DNA of 64,000 nucleotides from an uncultured bacterium (GTDB lineage Bacteria; JACRDZ01): NCBI GenBank assembly GCA_964457585.1, contig CAYWFU010000004.1, positions 13,927 to 77,926 of the forward strand, read 5' to 3'. Shown piece by piece: positions 30,338 to 40,210 of this stretch (position 1 is its first letter; each line of letters starts with the position of its first letter). The notes under the pieces were generated by a model. It saw only the letters and a program-made list of their open reading frames with translations, ran no database searches and was not told where the DNA came from. The position numbers and the translations under genes were made by a program.

Positions 30338-31180
30338 ATGTATAAAATAATAAGAAAAGAAATTTTTTCTCAAAATATTAAATTAATGGAGATATTGGCT
30401 CCAAAAGTTGCTCAAAAAGCGCAGCAGGGACAATTTATTATTTTAAGAATTGATGAAAAAGGGGAAAGAATTCCTCTGACTATAGCTGATTTTAACAGAG
30501 AAAAAGGAACCATAACAATGGTTTTTCAGGAAATCGGAAAAACCACGACTCAATTGGGAACCTTAAATGTCGGTGATAGTATAAAAGATTTTCTTGGTCC
30601 GTTAGGGATTCCAATTCATATTGAAAATTATGGGAAAGTTATATGTATTGGCGGTGGCGTTGGAGTGGCTCCGCTATTTCCTCAGGCACGAGTGTTAAGA
30701 CAAGCAGGTAATCATATAATTTCTATAATAGGCGCAAGAAGCAAAAGTATTTTGTTCTGGGAAGATGAAATTCAAAAAGTAAGCGATAAGCTTTATATAA
30801 CTACAGATGATGGTACTTATGGACATCATGGTTTTGTATCAGATATTTTAAAGCGGTTGATTGAAGAGAAAGAAAAAATAAATAGAATTATAGCTATTGG
30901 ACCTATACCAATGATGAGAGCAATAGCAGAAGTAACGCGTCCATTAAATATTCCGACTTTTGTCAGTCTGAATTCTATTATGGTTGATGGTACAGGGATG
31001 TGCGGTTGCTGCAGAGTTACTATTGGAAATGAAATAAAATTCACATGTGTTGATGGTCCGGATTTTGATGGACATAAAGTTGATTTTAAAGAATTAAGTG
31101 TCCGAATGCAGAGATTTGTTCCTCAGGAGAAAGATGCAATGGAACTTTTCAGAAAAAGGAGCACCTGTATATGTCAATAG
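30338..31180 (+). CDS. nfnA: NfnA/SudB-like small subunit (FAD/NAD(P)-binding, PyrK-like).
   Basis: PyrK-like ferredoxin-NADP reductase fold (FIILRIDEKGERIPLTIADF..., GGGVGVAPLF). C-terminal Cys cluster CGCCRV...C. Immediately upstream of the GltD-like subunit. Confidence 0.7.
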   Translation: MYKIIRKEIFSQNIKLMEILAPKVAQKAQQGQFIILRIDEKGERIPLTIADFNREKGTITMVFQEIGKTTTQLGTLNVGDSIKDFLGPLGIPIHIENYGKVICIGGGVGVAPLFPQARVLRQAGNHIISIIGARSKSILFWEDEIQKVSDKLYITTDDGTYGHHGFVSDILKRLIEEKEKINRIIAIGPIPMMRAIAEVTRPLNIPTFVSLNSIMVDGTGMCGCCRVTIGNEIKFTCVDGPDFDGHKVDFKELSVRMQRFVPQEKDAMELFRKRSTCICQ

Positions 31181-32691
31181 ATAATACAAATGAAAAAAAC
31201 ACAACCGGACAGAGTAAAGCAAAAAAAATAAATTATAATCGTGAGAAAATGGCTTTACAGGATCCGAAAATACGAGTAAAGAATTTTGATGAAGTGGCTT
31301 TAGGATATGATAAAGATATTGCCCAGCTTGAAGCTGCGCGATGTATACAATGCCGTACAGCTCCATGCCGCAAAGGTTGTCCGGTAGAAATTGATATACC
31401 AGCTTTTATAGATTTTATTGCAAAAGGGAAATATACAGAAGCAATAAATAAAATAAAAGAAAAGAATAATCTTCCGGCTATTTGCGGACGGGTTTGTCCC
31501 CAGGAAACACAATGTGAAAGTTTTTGTACTCTTGGAAAAAAAGGTGAAGCAATAGCGATTGGACGTCTGGAACGTTTTGCTGCTGATTGTGAAGCAGCAA
31601 ATTCATCAGTTGAAGTTCAAAAAGATAAAAAAATATCTTCTTTAAATACACCATCTAAAACCAAAGTTGCAGTTGTTGGTGCTGGCCCAGCAGGGTTAAC
31701 ATGCGCAGCTGATCTGGCAAGAATGGGTTATAGTGTTAAAATTTTTGAATCACTCCATGATTCAGGAGGAGTATTAAGGTATGGGATACCTGAGTTTAGA
31801 CTGCCGAAAGCCATAGTTGACAGAGAAGTTAAATATATTGAAAATCTTGGAGTAGAAATTGAATATAATATGATAATCGGCAGGATTGCAACGATTTCAG
31901 AACTAATGCAGGAATATAAATCTGTATTTATCGGGACAGGAGCCGGTCTGCCGTATTTTTTACGAATACCGGGTGAAAATCTAAAAGGTGTTTATTCTGC
32001 TAATGAATTTTTAACCAGAGTAAATTTAATGAAAGCTTATAAATTTCCTCAATACGATACACCGGTAGCTATGGGAAAACGGATCGGAGTTATCGGAGGC
32101 GGGAATGTGGCAATGGATTCTGCCCGTGTGGCTTTAAGACTGGGAGCGGAAGAAGTTTACATAATTTATCGAAGAAGCGAGAAAGAGCTTCCTGCACGAA
32201 GCGAAGAAGTTCTTCATGCGCATGAAGAAGGAATCATATTCCGTCTTTTAACCAATCCTTTAAGAATAATAGGGGATAATGAAGGTAATGTTAAAGAAAT
32301 TGAATGTTTAAAAATGGAACTTGGTGAACCTGATGCTTCAGGCAGAAGACAACCGGTGCCTGTTGCGGGATCAGAATTTAAAATACAACTGGATACAATT
32401 ATAATAGCAATAGGACAGGGACCCAATCCGCTTATCCCTCAAACTACTAAAGAACTAAAAATAGGTAAACATGGAAATATTGTAATTGATGAAAGTATAG
32501 GGATGTCAAATATTCCCGGTGTTTTTGCAGGCGGGGATGTGGCAACCGGTGCAGCTACAGTAATAAAAGCAATGGGAGCCGGAAAAATTGCGGCAAGATC
32601 AATGGATAGATATATAAAAGGTGAACCATTGCAGATAATAGAAAAAGAAAGGAGTTATCATAATGGCAGTACCAAAGAGAAAACCGAGTAG
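31171..32691 (+). CDS. nfnB: NfnB/SudA-like large subunit (GltD-like; two [4Fe-4S] clusters plus FAD/NAD(P)H).
   Basis: CIQCRTAPCRKGCP and CGRVCPQETQCESFC clusters. VAVVGAGPAGL and IGVIGGGNVAMD dinucleotide-binding motifs. 506 aa. Confidence 0.75.
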   Translation: MSIDNTNEKNTTGQSKAKKINYNREKMALQDPKIRVKNFDEVALGYDKDIAQLEAARCIQCRTAPCRKGCPVEIDIPAFIDFIAKGKYTEAINKIKEKNNLPAICGRVCPQETQCESFCTLGKKGEAIAIGRLERFAADCEAANSSVEVQKDKKISSLNTPSKTKVAVVGAGPAGLTCAADLARMGYSVKIFESLHDSGGVLRYGIPEFRLPKAIVDREVKYIENLGVEIEYNMIIGRIATISELMQEYKSVFIGTGAGLPYFLRIPGENLKGVYSANEFLTRVNLMKAYKFPQYDTPVAMGKRIGVIGGGNVAMDSARVALRLGAEEVYIIYRRSEKELPARSEEVLHAHEEGIIFRLLTNPLRIIGDNEGNVKEIECLKMELGEPDASGRRQPVPVAGSEFKIQLDTIIIAIGQGPNPLIPQTTKELKIGKHGNIVIDESIGMSNIPGVFAGGDVATGAATVIKAMGAGKIAARSMDRYIKGEPLQIIEKERSYHNGSTKEKTE

Positions 32692-32866
32692 ATCACGAAG
32701 AGGAATGAAGAGGATGCATATTAAAGTTACAGCGCCTACTCTTGTTAGTTGTCCTCAATGTAAAGAAAAACGACTTCCACATCATGTATGTCCAAATTGT
32801 GGATATTATAATGGTAAAGAAGTAATAAAAGAAAAAGAAAAGACTGAAGAGAAAAAAGAGAAATAG
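32663..32866 (+). CDS. rpmF: 50S ribosomal protein L32.
   Basis: MAVPKRKPSRSRRGMKR. CPQC...CPNCG zinc ribbon. Confidence 0.85.
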   Translation: MAVPKRKPSRSRRGMKRMHIKVTAPTLVSCPQCKEKRLPHHVCPNCGYYNGKEVIKEKEKTEEKKEK

Positions 32867-32893
32867 CAGTGTTCATTTTTTCGGAGTGAATTA

Positions 32894-33934
32894 ATGGTAA
32901 AAGAGAGTAATGTGAAATATAAAATTGTAGTTGATGCCATGGGTGGAGATAATGCCCCGCAGGTTGAAGTTCAGGGTGCTATAGAAGCTGTAAGGCAGTA
33001 TAGTATTCCAGTAGTTTTAGTTGGAAATAAAGAAAAAATAGCAAAAGAACTTAAAAAATATAAAACAGCAGGGCTTCCAATTGAAGTAGTTCATGCTGAA
33101 GAAGTTATAGAAATGCATGAAATACCATCAAAAGCTCTGCGTAAAAAAGATTCATCTATTGCTGTTTCAGTAAAATTAGTAAAAGAACATAAAGCTGTAG
33201 CCGTAGTTTCTGCAGGAAGTACCGGTGCTGTAATGGCGCATTCCCTTTTAGGGATGGGCCGTTTGCCTGATATTTCCCGTCCGGCAATAGCAGCGCCAAT
33301 GCCCACTATTAAAGGTGAGCAGTCGATTTTAATGGATGCAGGTGCTAATATGGATTGTAAACCCAGACACCTTTTGGAATTTGCTATTATGGGTGATGCC
33401 TATGCCCGTTATGTAATTGGTAAAAAAGATCCAAAAGTCGGTTTGTTAAGTGTTGGGGAAGAAGAATCAAAAGGTAATGATGTGGTTAAGCAGGCATTTG
33501 AATTAATTAAAAATGCTGATCTTAATTTTATAGGTAATGTTGAAGGAAGAGACATAGTTAATGGAGAAGCAGATGTCATAATTTGCGATGGTTTTACCGG
33601 TAATACTATTTTAAAATTTGGCGAAGGACTTGCTGAAATGATTATGACCTTATTAAAGAAAGAACTGACAAGCGGAATTCTTTCCAAATTCGGAGCGCTT
33701 CTTTTATCTCCGGCTTTTAATAAGTTTAAAAAAAGAGTTGATTACTCAGAATATGGCGGTGCGCCTTTATTAGGATTAAATGGCTTATGTATTATATGCC
33801 ATGGATCTTCTTCACCAAAAGCAATAAAGAATGCTATTCGAATCGCATATAAGTTTGCTATTGAAAAAGGCAATGAACATATCAATGAAAGCTTTAAATT
33901 ATATGAGGAGAAGATGAGTTGCTTAGAGGTGTAA
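32894..33934 (+). CDS. plsX: Phosphate acyltransferase PlsX.
   Basis: KIVVDAMGGDNAPQ. Follows rpmF as in the conserved rpmF-plsX-fab arrangement. Confidence 0.9.
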   Translation: MVKESNVKYKIVVDAMGGDNAPQVEVQGAIEAVRQYSIPVVLVGNKEKIAKELKKYKTAGLPIEVVHAEEVIEMHEIPSKALRKKDSSIAVSVKLVKEHKAVAVVSAGSTGAVMAHSLLGMGRLPDISRPAIAAPMPTIKGEQSILMDAGANMDCKPRHLLEFAIMGDAYARYVIGKKDPKVGLLSVGEEESKGNDVVKQAFELIKNADLNFIGNVEGRDIVNGEADVIICDGFTGNTILKFGEGLAEMIMTLLKKELTSGILSKFGALLLSPAFNKFKKRVDYSEYGGAPLLGLNGLCIICHGSSSPKAIKNAIRIAYKFAIEKGNEHINESFKLYEEKMSCLEV

Positions 33935-34902
33935 AGATTTCTGGAACAGGTTCATTTTTGCCGTCTCATAAATTAAGTAATCATGATCTGGAAAAAATGG
34001 TTGATACATCTGATGAATGGATAAGAACGCGCACAGGTATAACTGAACGCCGGATAGCGGATGAAAAAACTATAACTTCAGATCTGGCAATAGAAGCAGC
34101 TAATAAAGCGATTAAAAGCGCTCATAAAAAATCTGAAGATATTGATTTAATAATAGTTGCAACTGTTACTCCTGATATGATTTTCCCGGCTACCGCTTGT
34201 TTTGTACAGCGCGGACTTGGGGCTAAACATGCGGCTGCTTTTGATGTCAGCGCTGCTTGCTGTGGATTTATTTATGCTTTATCCGTCGGTTCCCAATTTA
34301 TTGCAAGCGGGATGTATAATACTGTGCTTGTAATAGGTGCTGAAATTTATTCTAGAATTGTTGATTGGAAAGACAGAAATACATGTGTATTGTTTGGAGA
34401 TGGAGCTGGAGCAGTAATACTTGAACCAACACATCAAGGTGAAGGTATTTTATCTTTTGATCTTGAATCAAACGGGAATACCGCTGATCTTTTAATGGTA
34501 CCTGGGGGCGGATCTAAATATCCGATTTCTACAAAAATAATTGAAGAACGTCTGCCTTTTGTTAAAATGAAAGGCAATGAGGTTTTTAAACATGCTGTTA
34601 CATGTCTCGTAAAAACAACACGTAAAGTTCTTGCAAAATCTCATTTGAAATCAGAAGATGTGGATTTTATAGTTCCGCATCAGGCTAATCTTAGAATTAT
34701 TGAAGTATTAGCAAAAAAGCTGAAAATTGAAAATGACAAAATATTTATAAATATTGAAAAATATGGCAATACTTCTGCTGCATCAATTCCTATTGCTCTT
34801 GATGAACTTGTGCATAGCAAAAGATTAAAAAAAGGTAATATAGTTGTAATGAATGCTTTTGGTGCAGGGCTTACATGGGGAGCATGTGTAATGAGATGGT
34901 GA
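33919..34902 (+). CDS. fabH: 3-oxoacyl-ACP synthase III.
   Basis: GVKISGTGSFLPS. Active-site AACCGF. C-terminal NAFGAGLTWGA. Confidence 0.9.
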   Translation: MLRGVKISGTGSFLPSHKLSNHDLEKMVDTSDEWIRTRTGITERRIADEKTITSDLAIEAANKAIKSAHKKSEDIDLIIVATVTPDMIFPATACFVQRGLGAKHAAAFDVSAACCGFIYALSVGSQFIASGMYNTVLVIGAEIYSRIVDWKDRNTCVLFGDGAGAVILEPTHQGEGILSFDLESNGNTADLLMVPGGGSKYPISTKIIEERLPFVKMKGNEVFKHAVTCLVKTTRKVLAKSHLKSEDVDFIVPHQANLRIIEVLAKKLKIENDKIFINIEKYGNTSAASIPIALDELVHSKRLKKGNIVVMNAFGAGLTWGACVMRW

Positions 34903-34926
34903 TTTATTGCCTTACAAAGAAAGGGG

Positions 34927-35880
34927 TTGAATTTTTTGATACATACAGAGATTTGTGATTTACTTAATATTAAATATCCAATAATTCAGGGAGGTATGGC
35001 GTGGATTTCCATGCATCAATTAGTATCCGCAGTTTCAAATGCAGGTGGTCTTGGGATTATTGCTTCTGGTTTTATGGATCCTGATACACTGCGTAAAGAA
35101 ATAAGAGAAACAAGAAAACTTACCAAAAATTCTTTTGGAGTGAATTTAATGCTTATGTCTAATGCCACAGAAGAAATGGTAAAAGTTGTTATCGAAGAAA
35201 AAGTATGTATGGTTACAACAGGTGCAGGTAATCCGGGTAAATATATCCCTTTATTTAAAGAAGCAGGAATAAAAGTAATTCCGGTTGTAGCTTCAGTTGC
35301 ACTTGCAAGAAGAATGGAAAAACAGGGGGTAGATGCTGTAATAGCTGAAGGGATGGAATCCGGAGGACATATTGGTGACACCACTACAATGTCATTAGTA
35401 CCGCAGATTGTTGATGTCGTACATATTCCTGTTATAGCTGCTGGCGGAATAGCAGATGGAAGGGGATTGGCAGCGGCTTTTGCTTTAGGCGCAAAAGGTG
35501 TTCAGATAGGGACAAGATTTGTCGCTACAGTTGAATGTCCGGTACATGATAATTTTAAAAGAGCAATTGTCGAAGCTGATGATCGATCTACTTGTATTAC
35601 AGGAAGAACCACTGGACATCCGGTGAGGATTATAAAAAATAAATTAGCTAAAGATTTTGAACGTCTTGAACGTGAGAATGCAAGTCAAGAACAATTAGAA
35701 AATTTTGGACGAGGACGACTGAGAAGAGCAGCTATTGATGGTGATCTTGATGAAGGATCTGTAATGTGCGGGCAGATTGCTGGACTTGTAAAAAATATTA
35801 TTTTTGTTAAAGATGTTATTGAAGGAATAATAAATGAAGCAGAAAAAACATTGGATAGAATAAATAAATTGAAAGTGTAA
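34927..35880 (+). CDS. fabK: Enoyl-ACP reductase II (FMN-dependent, NMO family).
   Basis: YPIIQGGMAWIS. TIM-barrel NMO motifs. Sits within the fab cluster between fabH and fabD. Confidence 0.8.
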   Translation: MNFLIHTEICDLLNIKYPIIQGGMAWISMHQLVSAVSNAGGLGIIASGFMDPDTLRKEIRETRKLTKNSFGVNLMLMSNATEEMVKVVIEEKVCMVTTGAGNPGKYIPLFKEAGIKVIPVVASVALARRMEKQGVDAVIAEGMESGGHIGDTTTMSLVPQIVDVVHIPVIAAGGIADGRGLAAAFALGAKGVQIGTRFVATVECPVHDNFKRAIVEADDRSTCITGRTTGHPVRIIKNKLAKDFERLERENASQEQLENFGRGRLRRAAIDGDLDEGSVMCGQIAGLVKNIIFVKDVIEGIINEAEKTLDRINKLKV

Positions 35881-35886
35881 ATTAAA

Positions 35887-36810
35887 ATGAGTAAAATAGT
35901 ATTTTTGTTTCCGGGGCAGGGAAGTCAGGAAATAGGGATGGGGAAAGATTTCTATGATTCTGTTCCCTGGACAGTCGAATATTTTGATATGGTAAAAAAA
36001 TTATTTGGAGAAAAATGGCTTCAAATACTTTTTTCAGGACCCCAGGAAGATTTAAATCAAACAATAAATACACAACCTGCAATGCTTCTTATAAGTACCC
36101 TTTTAAGTGAAACATTAAAAAGAAAAGGTATTTTACCTGAAGCAGTTGCCGGACATAGTGTTGGTGAGTATGCTGCCTATACAGCTTCAGGGATTCTGGA
36201 TTTTTCTGATTCCATAAGATTAATCCGAAAAAGAGCCGAATATATGCAAAATGCAGTTCCGCAGGGTTATGGGCTTATGGCGGCAATTCTTGGTTTAGAT
36301 AATAAAATGGTTGAAAATTGCTGTGAACGAGCATCGAATATTGGAATTGTGTCTCCTGCTAATTATAATTGTCCCGGACAAATAGTAATCTCCGGACAGC
36401 GAAATGCAGTGATTCAGGCAAGCTTATTTACAAAAGAATGCGGCGCAAAGAGAACTGTTGAATTAAAAGTAAGCGGACCTTTTCATTCTGTGCTTATGCG
36501 AGATGCTTCCAATAATCTTCAGAAAGAATTAAATGGTATTAATTTTAAAATACCTCAATGTAAATATATAAGCAATGTTACTGCTAAATACGAAGATAAT
36601 CCGGATGAAATAAAAGAATTATTAATTCAACAGATAATTAATCCTGTAAAGTGGGAACAATCCATGAAAAAATTAATAGCTGATGGATATGATATTTTTA
36701 TAGAAATTGGACCAGGTAATGTGCTTACTGGACTTTTAAAACGAATAAATAAAGATGTTAAATGTTTTAATATAAATAATTTTGAATCTGCTCAAAATTT
36801 TAAAATTTGA
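35887..36810 (+). CDS. fabD: Malonyl-CoA:ACP transacylase.
   Basis: IVFLFPGQGSQEIGMG. GHSVGEYAA. Confidence 0.9.
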   Translation: MSKIVFLFPGQGSQEIGMGKDFYDSVPWTVEYFDMVKKLFGEKWLQILFSGPQEDLNQTINTQPAMLLISTLLSETLKRKGILPEAVAGHSVGEYAAYTASGILDFSDSIRLIRKRAEYMQNAVPQGYGLMAAILGLDNKMVENCCERASNIGIVSPANYNCPGQIVISGQRNAVIQASLFTKECGAKRTVELKVSGPFHSVLMRDASNNLQKELNGINFKIPQCKYISNVTAKYEDNPDEIKELLIQQIINPVKWEQSMKKLIADGYDIFIEIGPGNVLTGLLKRINKDVKCFNINNFESAQNFKI

Positions 36811-36829
36811 GTATAGGAGGAAAAGAAAA

Positions 36830-37570
36830 ATGCTACTTGAAGGGAAAGTTGCTTTTGTTACAGGCGGTGCACGTGGAATTGGAAAAGTTACTGCACTTGC
36901 ATTAGCAAAAGAAGGTGCTGATGTAGTTGTTGTTAATACGAATGAAGTTCTTTTAGTTCAAACTGCTGAAGAAATTCAGCAATTAGGCAGAAAATCGCTT
37001 GGATTAAAAGTGAATGTGACAAATAGCGGTGAAGTTGATAACGCGATAAAAAAGGTGCTTGACACTTTTGGTAAAATTGATATATTAGTCAATAATGCAG
37101 GTATCACTCGAGATGGTTTAATTGTCAGAATGAAAGAAGAAGATTGGGACAGTGTTTTACATGTTAATTTAAAAGGTGTTTTTTTATGTACTAAAGCAGT
37201 ATTAAGACCAATGATGAAACAACAGAGTGGTAAAATAATAAACATTGCATCAGTCGTTGGTATAGCAGGAAATATCGGTCAGGCAAACTATTCAGCCGCA
37301 AAAGCTGGTATAATTGGATTAACAAAAACAACTGCCAGAGAAGTTGCAGCAAGAGGAATTACGGTTAATGCAGTTGCACCAGGATTTATTGAAACAGATA
37401 TGACTAAAGATTTACCATCAGATATTAAAGAAAAAGTAACACAGGATATTCCGCTTGGAAGATTTGGCAGTCCTTTAGATGTCGCTAATTTAATAATATT
37501 TTTAGCGTCTCCGCATGCAGATTATATTACTGGAGAGGTTATCAGAGTTGATGGTGGAATGATTATGTAA
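36830..37570 (+). CDS. fabG: 3-oxoacyl-ACP reductase.
   Basis: The start MLLEGKVAFVTGGARGIG follows a GGAGG RBS; the ORF-track start 36782 is an upstream extension. YSAAK catalytic motif. Confidence 0.9.
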   Translation: MLLEGKVAFVTGGARGIGKVTALALAKEGADVVVVNTNEVLLVQTAEEIQQLGRKSLGLKVNVTNSGEVDNAIKKVLDTFGKIDILVNNAGITRDGLIVRMKEEDWDSVLHVNLKGVFLCTKAVLRPMMKQQSGKIINIASVVGIAGNIGQANYSAAKAGIIGLTKTTAREVAARGITVNAVAPGFIETDMTKDLPSDIKEKVTQDIPLGRFGSPLDVANLIIFLASPHADYITGEVIRVDGGMIM

Positions 37571-37604
37571 TTTTTAACATAAATAAGGGGGGTGAAATAA
37601 TTAT

Positions 37605-37853
37605 ATGGCAGAACAGACAGTTGAAGAACGAGTTAAAAAAATTGTTGTGGAACAACTAGGAGTACAACCCAAAGAAGTGACATTAGAAGCTTCTTTTATT
37701 GAAGATTTAGGAGCAGATTCATTAGATAATGTAGAACTTGTTATGGCTTTTGAAGAAGAATTTGGTTTTGAAATATCTGATGAAGATGCAGAAACTATTA
37801 AAACAGTTGGAGATGCTGTTAATTTTATATCAGGGAAATTAACTAAAAATTAG
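37605..37853 (+). CDS. acpP: Acyl carrier protein.
   Basis: [20 protein letters not shown] (phosphopantetheine Ser in DSL). Confidence 0.9.
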   Translation: MAEQTVEERVKKIVVEQLGVQPKEVTLEASFIEDLGADSLDNVELVMAFEEEFGFEISDEDAETIKTVGDAVNFISGKLTKN

Positions 37854-37860
37854 TATTTAA

Positions 37861-38105
37861 TACTATAGTGCTATAGTGAGGTAGTGCGATAGAGCGACAG
37901 CCTAAGTATGTGAGAGATGCCAGAACCGACAATAGACACAGGCTGACTTACATAAAACTGTCGTACTATCGCACTGTAGCGCTGTAGTACTAATCATGAT
38001 TGTTATAATGAATAAGAGTCAAAGAGTCGGAGAGTCAAAGAGTCAGAGTAAAAATACTAAAATTTTTAAACTTTGATTTTTTGATTCTCTGACTCTTTGG
38101 CTCTA
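37861..38105. repeat. Two long imperfect inverted-repeat structures in the 283-nt acpP-fabF spacer.
   Basis: IR1: tactatagtgctatagtgaggtagtgcgatagagcgacag pairs with ctgtcgtactatcgcactgtagcgctgtagtact around a ~45-nt centre. IR2: gagtcaaagagtcggagagtcaaagagtcagag pairs with ctctgactctttggctct, followed by a T-rich tail. Confidence 0.6.
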
Positions 38106-38115
38106 TTATTTTCTT

Positions 38116-39378
38116 GTGGAAGGAGTTTATTTTATTTTGAAAAAAAGAGTTGTTATAACAGGAGTTGGAGTTATTACTCCACTGGGAAATTCTAAAGATG
38201 AAATGTGGAATGCTTTATGCAAAGGGAAAAGTGGAGCAAGTCCTGTTTTCTATTTTGATGTTTCAGGATATTCCAGTAAAATTGCAGCCCAGGTTAAGGG
38301 ATTTGATGCTTCTTTATATGGGATAAGCAAAAAAGATGACGGGCGATTGGTGAATTTTATCAAATTTGCAGTTGCCGCCAGTGTGCAAGCAGTTAATGAC
38401 AGCGGACTGGATTTTAATCTCCTTGATAGAACTAGAATAGGTGTGGCAATAGGTTCTGGGATAGGTGGAATTTGTTTCACTGAAGAACAGGCAAAAGTTT
38501 TAAGAGAAAAAGGCCCAGGCAGAATCAGTCCGTTTATTGTTCCTCTTATTATTGTAGATATGGCTGCAGGGCAGGTTGCAATCCATCATGGAGTAAAAGG
38601 ACCAAATATCTGTATTTCAACAGCATGTGCATCCGGTGCTCATGCTATTGGGAATGCTGTACGTATAATTCAGCATGGAGATGCAGATATGATGATAGCC
38701 GGAGGAACAGAAAGCGCAATTACACCACTGGCGTTCGGTGGTTTTTGTGCTGCTCGTGCATTAACAACATGCAGAAATGATACCCCTGAAAAAGCAAGCC
38801 GTCCTTTTGACAGAGATAGAGACGGATTTTTAATGGGAGAAGGAGCAGGTGTTGTTCTCCTTGAAACTTTGGAAAGTGCTGTAAAACGTAATGCAAATAT
38901 TTATGCTGAGATTGCTGGTTATGGAATGAGCGGAGATGCATATCATATTACCTGTCCGTCTCCTGATGGAGAAGGTGCTGCACTGGCAATGAAAGCAGCT
39001 TTAAAAGATGCTGAGCTTAATTCTGCGGATGTAGATTATATTAATGCTCACGGTACATCGACCAAAATAAATGATTCAGGTGAAACAGGAGCCATAAAAA
39101 AAGTATTTGGCGATTTTTCATATAATATTCCAGTAAGTTCAACAAAATCTATGATGGGTCATCTTCTTGGCGCTGCAGGCAGTGTGGAAACAATTATATG
39201 CGCTTTAGCGATTAAAAATGGAGTTATTCCTCCCACAATTAATTATGAGAATCCTGATCCTGAATGTGATTTAGACTATGTTCCAAATACTGCACGCGTG
39301 AAAAATATATCTGTAGCATTAAACAATTCACTTGGATTTGGCGGACATAATGCAACATTAATTTTAAAGAAAGTTTGA
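38116..39378 (+). CDS. fabF: 3-oxoacyl-ACP synthase II. A TTG start at 38137 (after GGAGG) is more plausible than the GTG at 38116.
   Basis: KKRVVITGVGVITPLGN. Active-site ACASGAH. HGTSTKINDSGE. GHLLGAAG. Confidence 0.9.
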   Translation: MEGVYFILKKRVVITGVGVITPLGNSKDEMWNALCKGKSGASPVFYFDVSGYSSKIAAQVKGFDASLYGISKKDDGRLVNFIKFAVAASVQAVNDSGLDFNLLDRTRIGVAIGSGIGGICFTEEQAKVLREKGPGRISPFIVPLIIVDMAAGQVAIHHGVKGPNICISTACASGAHAIGNAVRIIQHGDADMMIAGGTESAITPLAFGGFCAARALTTCRNDTPEKASRPFDRDRDGFLMGEGAGVVLLETLESAVKRNANIYAEIAGYGMSGDAYHITCPSPDGEGAALAMKAALKDAELNSADVDYINAHGTSTKINDSGETGAIKKVFGDFSYNIPVSSTKSMMGHLLGAAGSVETIICALAIKNGVIPPTINYENPDPECDLDYVPNTARVKNISVALNNSLGFGGHNATLILKKV

Positions 39379-39396
39379 TTTATAAAATCATAAATT

Positions 39397-39457
39397 GCTT
39401 GAAACTTTAAACTTGAAACTTGAGGGATTAAATCCTTCAAGTTGCAAGCTTCAAGTT
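39397..39457 (+). promoter_or_regulatory. Long imperfect hairpin in the rnc 5' leader; a candidate RNase III autoregulatory substrate or fabF terminator.
   Basis: cttgaaacttgagggatt (39412-39429) pairs with aatccttcaagttgcaag (39431-39448), 16 of 18 bp. The outer cttgaaact duplications pair with gcttcaagtt. It ends ~25 nt before the rnc ATG. Confidence 0.35.
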
Positions 39458-39481
39458 ATAAGCCTAACAATAGGTAAAACC

Positions 39482-40204
39482 ATGTTTTTAACTGACGAAA
39501 GAATAAACCAACTTGATGAAATTCAGAAAAAAATAAATGTGCAGTTCAATAATTTAAATCTTTTAGATCAAGCTTTGACCCATCGTTCTTATGCAAATGA
39601 ATTTAAGGACAGCAATGTACTGGATAATGAGAATTTGGAATTTTTAGGTGATGCTGTTCTGGGATTAATTATTTCGGAATATATATATCGGGAATTTCCT
39701 GATTATACTGAAGGTGATTTATCCAAGCTTAAATCTGTAATTGTGAGCCGAAGTCTGCTTGCAAATTGCGGCAAAGAAATAGGTGTTGGAAAATATCTGC
39801 TGCTGGGTAAAGGCGAGAAAGTTACAGGCGGGCGTTTCCGTGAATCAATAACAGCGAATACAATTGAAGCAATAATTGGTGCTATTTATCTTGATAGCGA
39901 TCTTATAAAGACCAGGAATTTTGTACTTAGAGAATTAAAAGAAAAAATAGATCTTGCTTGTGAAGAAAAATTCAAAAAAGATTATAAAAGCATATTGCAG
40001 GAATATACCCAGTCGATGTTTAAGCAGAAACCTTTATATGAAGTGATACAGGAAAAAGGGCCTGATCATATTAAAGAATTTAAAGTACAGGTATCTATAG
40101 ATAATATTAAATACGGTACAGGAGAAGGGCATAGCAAAAAAGAAGCAGAACAAAAAGCAGCCTATTATACTTTAGTAAGTTTAAAGAAGATTGACCCCTT
40201 ATAA
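39482..40204 (+). CDS. rnc: Ribonuclease III.
   Basis: LDQALTHRSYANE. ERLEFLGDAVL signature. C-terminal dsRBD. Confidence 0.85.
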   Translation: MFLTDERINQLDEIQKKINVQFNNLNLLDQALTHRSYANEFKDSNVLDNENLEFLGDAVLGLIISEYIYREFPDYTEGDLSKLKSVIVSRSLLANCGKEIGVGKYLLLGKGEKVTGGRFRESITANTIEAIIGAIYLDSDLIKTRNFVLRELKEKIDLACEEKFKKDYKSILQEYTQSMFKQKPLYEVIQEKGPDHIKEFKVQVSIDNIKYGTGEGHSKKEAEQKAAYYTLVSLKKIDPL

Positions 40205-40210
40205 TAAAAA

